Assembly: GCA_013265495.1 (NCBI GenBank)
Contig: MU061814.1
Span: 5,273,684-5,337,683, forward strand
DNA: 64,000 bases
From: Vicugna vicugna
Taxonomy: Eukaryota
Direction: 5' to 3'
Part shown: piece after piece, positions 59,001 to 64,000 of the stretch
Numbering within the stretch: the first letter of the stretch is position 1
Layout of the letters: each line of letters starts with the position of its first letter
Position numbers and translations under genes: made by a program
The notes under the pieces: model-generated
The model's input: only the letters and a program-made list of their open reading frames with translations
Told to the model about the DNA's origin: nothing
The model's database searches: none

Positions 59001-62000
59001 TGAGGAAGGAACAAAGGTCCCTGGTAATGGGCCCTCTCTGCAAAGCCTGGGCACCCGGTGAGCGGCAGCCAAGGAACTGGAGGGTAGAAGACCCCCCTGC
59101 CCCCAGAGCCCCCCACCAGCCGAAGAAGCCCCTTTAGCCACGAAATGCCCAGGCAGGCGCACAATGGACCAAACCCTGTCTGCAAGCATCACTCAGCACA
59201 TCTGTGTTCTCTGCCCCCCAAAGTGCAGAGCGAGCCACGAGGGGCCTCAGTTTGTGGATGGTAGTGAGACTTTAGCAGATTTGGGTGTTTCACAGGATGC
59301 ACAAAACAGCCCTTCCTGTCAACAGTGGGCATAAACGTTTAAGTGACACAAACAAGCAGAGATTGAAACGACACGCAGACAAATCCCAAGAATCTGAATT
59401 GGATATTGAAGCATTAGAACATCACACACATCACACACACCGCAGGGAGCTCGGGAGCCTCACGCAGCCCCAGCATGATTAAGCGTCTGCAGTGGGCCTG
59501 GGGGCTGGGAAGCGGGGCTGGGCGGGCGGGAGATGCAGCCGGTGGGGGGAGGGGGTCAGGCACCGGCAGACACTGAGCCAGGCCCTCGGGGCAGCCGGGC
59601 ATCTGGGGGCAAGGACTCCGCTCGCTGCGGGGACCTCTCTGAAGGGGAGACCACTCCCTGTGACAGGCCAGTCTGGTGACCATCCAAAGAGGTCTGGCTG
59701 GGAGCCAAGGCTGGGAGGAGGGAGTGAATCTCGAGGAGAAAGAGGCAGATTTTCAGGGTGGAAGGAGGATTCACATCACTTCCACCACCTCCGTCTGGGG
59801 TGAGAGCCAGCAAGAGGAGCCTCCCACGAAGCCGGTCACACACTTCCTCCTGGACGGTACGGGCTGAGGTTCACCCTCCGGCCACCCCCCGATTCCTGGT
59901 CCCCGTCCAATAGGCTCCACACACACCAGGCCTGCTGCTACCCCAGGGCCTTTGCACGGTAGCGCTGCCTTCCCAGACATCCCCACGGCTCATCCCTCAG
60001 TCTTTGACCAAACGTCTCCTTCCCCACGAGGCCTGCCCTGATGGTCTCAGGTGGAACGGCAGCCCACTCCCCGCCCTGGCGCTCCCGCTCCCGGACCACA
60101 CACTGCCCCCCCATCTCCAGGGTGCGCGGCGTGATCAGTAGCGCTTCCGCCTGTCGCGGGGCCGTTAGGTCCGCAAGCCTGGGGCCTGGTTTGTTCCCCT
60201 AGAACACAGCCTGGTGTAGAGCCGGTGTTCAGCCATCAGCTGTCACCAGCCAACAGCTGGACTTTGGAGGAGCAGCTGCAGAGGGGGCCGTGCCGTCCCC
60301 CGGCCGGGAGCAGGCACGACACTCGTCAGCTCCTTTCCACCTCGGGCCGGGGGCCTCCCCATCCTTCCCTCCCACTGCCCTTCCTGAGGGTCCATGGAAG
60401 GTCAGGCACATGACGTCCACATCTCTGATGAATGAAAGATCTTCCAGACAAAGAGGGACATCCAGGCCAGCCACCTGGCCATCGTCCAGAGGTGACCTGT
60501 CACCCCCACTGTCAGGGGCAGGCCATCATCGGTGGGCTTTCCCAACGGGGCAGGGGCTCCACGCTCCCACACCGCCGACCAGCGGCTCCTGCCTGAGTCC
60601 TGCCCGCCCGTTACAGGAGTGAAACGTGGCAGCTCCCAGGAGGGACGTGGCACGGACGTCAGTTCCTGAAATGCCGCCAGGGGAGTTCACGGGACCCAGG
60701 ACGCTGTTTGTAACACTGAAGGTGGAAACCGCGTGGTGAACTTCCACAGGGAACCACCTCACACAGCTACAACCTACAAGGTACACGTGTGAACTGAAGC
60801 GGACTTCAGCCCAGACCCGCGGGAGCGGGCCGCGGGTTGGGGTGGGATTTTGCTGGGGGGTGGGCCCGAGCAGAACAGGAGACCCCAGAGCAGGTGGGCA
60901 GGGGCCACACCGCCCCGCCTGAGAGATCTCCCCGCCTGTGCGGTCAGGTTTGGCCTGGGGGTGCCTGGGGGCGCCCGTGGGAGCTGTGTTCTCACAGGCT
61001 GTGGCCACATCGCAGGAGCCCCCAGGCAAGAGGGCTTGTCACTGGACACGTCCCTTGGGGGCGGGTTGGGTTTGGACCCTGGCTCTGGCACTTACGGGGG
61101 GTTTGACCTTGGGAGGGTCATGGTGACCCTCCTCAGGGTTCCCGCCTGAAAAGGGGGCCACGCGGGGACCCACCTCCTAGGGCAAGGGGAGGATGAGCCG
61201 ATTCAACTGTGCGGAGCCCCGAGGATGCCCCCAGACACAGCGACATGCCGGGCACTCCAGGACCCTCGGTGCCCCTTTTGGAGCGAGTCTGGGGGCTGGT
61301 GGTCCTTGAAAGACCGGCTGTGCTGGTGGGTGAGGCTCCTGGTCCAAGAGGCTTCCTCCCGAGCCGGCTCCTGGGGGCACCAAGATGAACCCAAGAGCAA
61401 TCACCCTGAATGAAAACTTGCCCTCAGGTTTATTTTCCTCGGCAGCACATCAGAAAGGCACAGGCGATAACTGCTTAATGGCTGTTCTGTGTGTAACCCA
61501 TTTCCCTCAGCTGGCTCCCACGGTGATTACATTCTGCTGCGTTTAATTCAGAACTTGATCCTTTATTCCACGGCGTGCTGGGTCGGGACACGGGCCGGAG
61601 GGAGGTGCGGTGGGAGGAGGCCAGCCTCTGCTCTGGCCTTGCAGGGAGGTGGCGAGGCCGCTCCTGGCAGGCGGCTCCGCTCTGGGCCGGGATGGAGCCG
61701 GCAGAGAGGGGCGAGGGTGAGGAGGTGAAATCAGCAAAGGCAGGTAAACTGCTTAATTTCATTACTGCGCGTGACGTGTGCACACCCACGAGGCGGGGCT
61801 GTCATGGGCCCAGCGGACCCCGTGGGCTCAGTACGTGGGTCCTGGGCGTTTGACTGGACCTGGCTGTGCCTCCACTTCCCCACCGCCGAATCAGGGAAGA
61901 CACCCCGTATCGATTTCACTGGGGCTCGTGAGGACCTGCGTGCCCGGATTAGAGTAAATGTAGCAAAAATGCTTGTTAAACAAAGTGGCCATCACCCTTG

Positions 62001-62149
62001 CTGGACAGGTGAGGAAACTGAGGCACAGAGAACCGATCAGCACGTCAGTGGGTCCCCGAGAAGCAGACCTGACAGGATGTGTAAATATTCATGAACAGGA
62101 GGAGGGTCTGGGGAGCTGGCTCCAACCACCCAGACCAAGAAGCCCCATG

Positions 62150-62480
62150 TCTCCGTCTGCAGACCTAGGAGAGCCGGCGGGGAGGGTCAGTCCAAGCCCA
62201 AGGGCCCGCGCGAGGTCCAGGGGGCTGACCTGTAAGCCCCAGTTCAAGGGCAGGAGAGAGAGGCCCCCACTGAGGCGAGGGAGGGGCCGGAAACCAGCCC
62301 TCCTTCCCTGCTTTCGTCCTAGCCAGGACACCGCGCGGGGAACGGCCTTCCGCTTTACTGAGTCCACCGATTCCAACACTCGTCTCACCTGGAAACGCCC
62401 CCAGACCCCCAGCTATGCAACTGCATTGAGCGTGGGCACCTGCGGCCTGTCAGGCTGACGCATGTCCTGAGCCATCACAC
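62150..62480 (-). mobile_element. MLT2 LTR remnant
   Basis: ctttactgagtccaccgattccaacactcgtctcacctggaaacgccc...gggcacctgcggcctgtcaggctgac matches the MLT2 terminus in antisense. Confidence 0.65.
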
Positions 62481-63689
62481 ACGCCCACACACTCGCCGCA
62501 TCGTCTAGAAACTCAGGGGCCCCCAGGACATCTGTCCACTGGGCCAGCCTTTCTTGGGGTTGGGAACCCCAACACCTCCTCCAGAACCAGGTGGAACCCT
62601 GCTTTTAAAGGCAGAGTCCACCGCCCTCACACCGCAGGTTTGGAATCTCCAGGGAGGATCTTTGCCACTGACATTTAACAGCACCCCAGGCAGCGGGGGC
62701 CCCCACCCCACCTCAAGCTGCCGGGACAGGAGCAGGAGCAAGGGTGGTGAGCATGCAGGTAAATGCACGCCCTGGGCCATCACCCCGCCTGGCGCCTGGT
62801 GATCACTAACCAGGCGCCTAATTAGCCCCACCTCCACGTCTCGCCCCAGGGGCCCATCTTGAGCTCCTGAGCTCTGTTTGCTGCTAATGACTGTCTTCGC
62901 GACAACAATCCAATTACTTTGAGCATTTACCTCCCACCTTCCCCAGAAAAACTCCGAGGGCAGCAGGCAGAAGCCACGGGGCCCCTCGGCAGCACCATCC
63001 AGGGAGAGGCCGGAAACAGCCCAGGGCTGGAGGGTGGCCAGGCCGGTGACCACGCTCCTGTCTCAGCAGGGATGGGACGGGGGAGGGAGGGGTGAGGAGG
63101 GGCGGGAACGGGGTCACTGCGCAGCGGGTGAGACGGGGGAGGTCTGGGGGACTGGTTGCTCTGCCCTGTGCCTCCCCAGGCTGGGTCCCAAGGGACGGCG
63201 GGCGGGGGCAACTTTGTACACAAGCCTGTCTGCACTCTGTCTGCATGGCCTGACCAGGCGGGAAGTCTCGTTTTGCCTTAAGGAGAAGAGTGGGAACTCA
63301 GGAAGCAGTGAGACCCAGCGTGCCCCTTCTTGGAGCTTCACGAGGCCAGGGTAGGTCATGTCCCACCACATTCCAACGCCCGGCTTTTCTCTGGAGGATG
63401 AACCGCCTGCCTCCTCCCCTGGGAAGTGATGCACTGGTTTCCGACGCCCAGAACACAGAGGCGCGAGATGCAGTGACGGACGGTGGGGCAGGCGGAGTCC
63501 GTGCCCCGGAAACACCAGGTGCAGTTGCTCAAGACGAAGGCTTTACAGTGAACGTGTGGATTCACCTGCTCCCTTGCACGGAAATGACAGAGCTCAGGCT
63601 TCCGAAGGAGTCTCGGCAGCTCGGCCCGGTGAGAAGGACTCCTTGCAGGGAGGCGCCTCCAGGCTTCTTCCTCCAAGAAAGCGCCGTCC

Positions 63690-63739
63690 TCCCCTCCTCC
63701 CTGTCCTGTCTCCCCTCCTCCCTGTCCTGTCTCCCCTCC
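63690..63739. repeat. 21-bp tandem repeat, about 2.4 copies (TCCCCTCCTCCCTGTCCTGTC)
   Basis: Exact copies at 63690-63710 and 63711-63731, then a partial copy. Confidence 0.92.
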
Positions 63740-64000
63740 ACGCCGCAGCTTAGGGCCAGTAAATGGAGCAGCTGGGCCTTCTCCTTCCCGCCTTCCTTGA
63801 TCTCTGACAACGAAGCTTGCCAAGGGTGAGAACTCCTGAATTCAGGCCAGAGCTGGTGGGGGACCACCCTTCCGGAGCAGTGGGCTTCCCGGGCCATATT
63901 CTCAGAGCAATCTTCCACTGAGCTGTTTCTGGGAAACTCTGAGTGTCTCGGGGTGAACCCGGCCCCAGAAGGAGCTTCCCAGGCTCAGGGTGACGAGCGA

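Noticed and set aside
62791-62818. 10-bp perfect inverted repeat as a terminator or structured RNA
   Set aside because: About one such repeat is expected by chance in 64 kb of GC-rich DNA. There is no U-tract, and intrinsic terminators do not apply here.
63690-63739. Short direct repeats as a CRISPR-like array
   Set aside because: Adjacent copies with no spacers, in mammalian DNA; an ordinary minisatellite seed.

Overview
GC-rich mammalian genomic DNA, most likely camelid, judged from two tRNA-Ala-derived SINEs of the vic-1 type. It holds one protein-coding gene, SLCO4A1 (OATP4A1, organic anion/thyroid hormone transporter), complete on the + strand. The gene has a CpG-island promoter with a non-coding exon 1 ending at about 33295 and 11 coding exons from ATG 43706 to TGA 56309. 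All splice sites are GT-AG with consistent phases, giving 2196 nt and 731 aa. The rest is intergenic or intronic DNA with old L1, MIR, MER and MLT remnants and simple repeats. Nearly all other ORFs in the track are by-products of high GC. There are no rRNA, tRNA, CRISPR or prokaryotic features. The best leads are: (1) exon 9 has a sharp synonymous-site anomaly (GC3 about 42% versus about 95% in exons 8 and 11) and carries an 11-nt perfect complement to miR-1, whose gene lies upstream in the syntenic human locus; (2) two overlapping ATGs in the exon 1 region would give either a 42-aa in-frame N-terminal extension or an overlapping uORF; (3) several compact enhancer-like motif clusters. I did not find a clearly new biological system. 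All motif-level claims are hypotheses. Comparisons with human sequences and repeat consensuses are from memory, and repeat boundaries are approximate.
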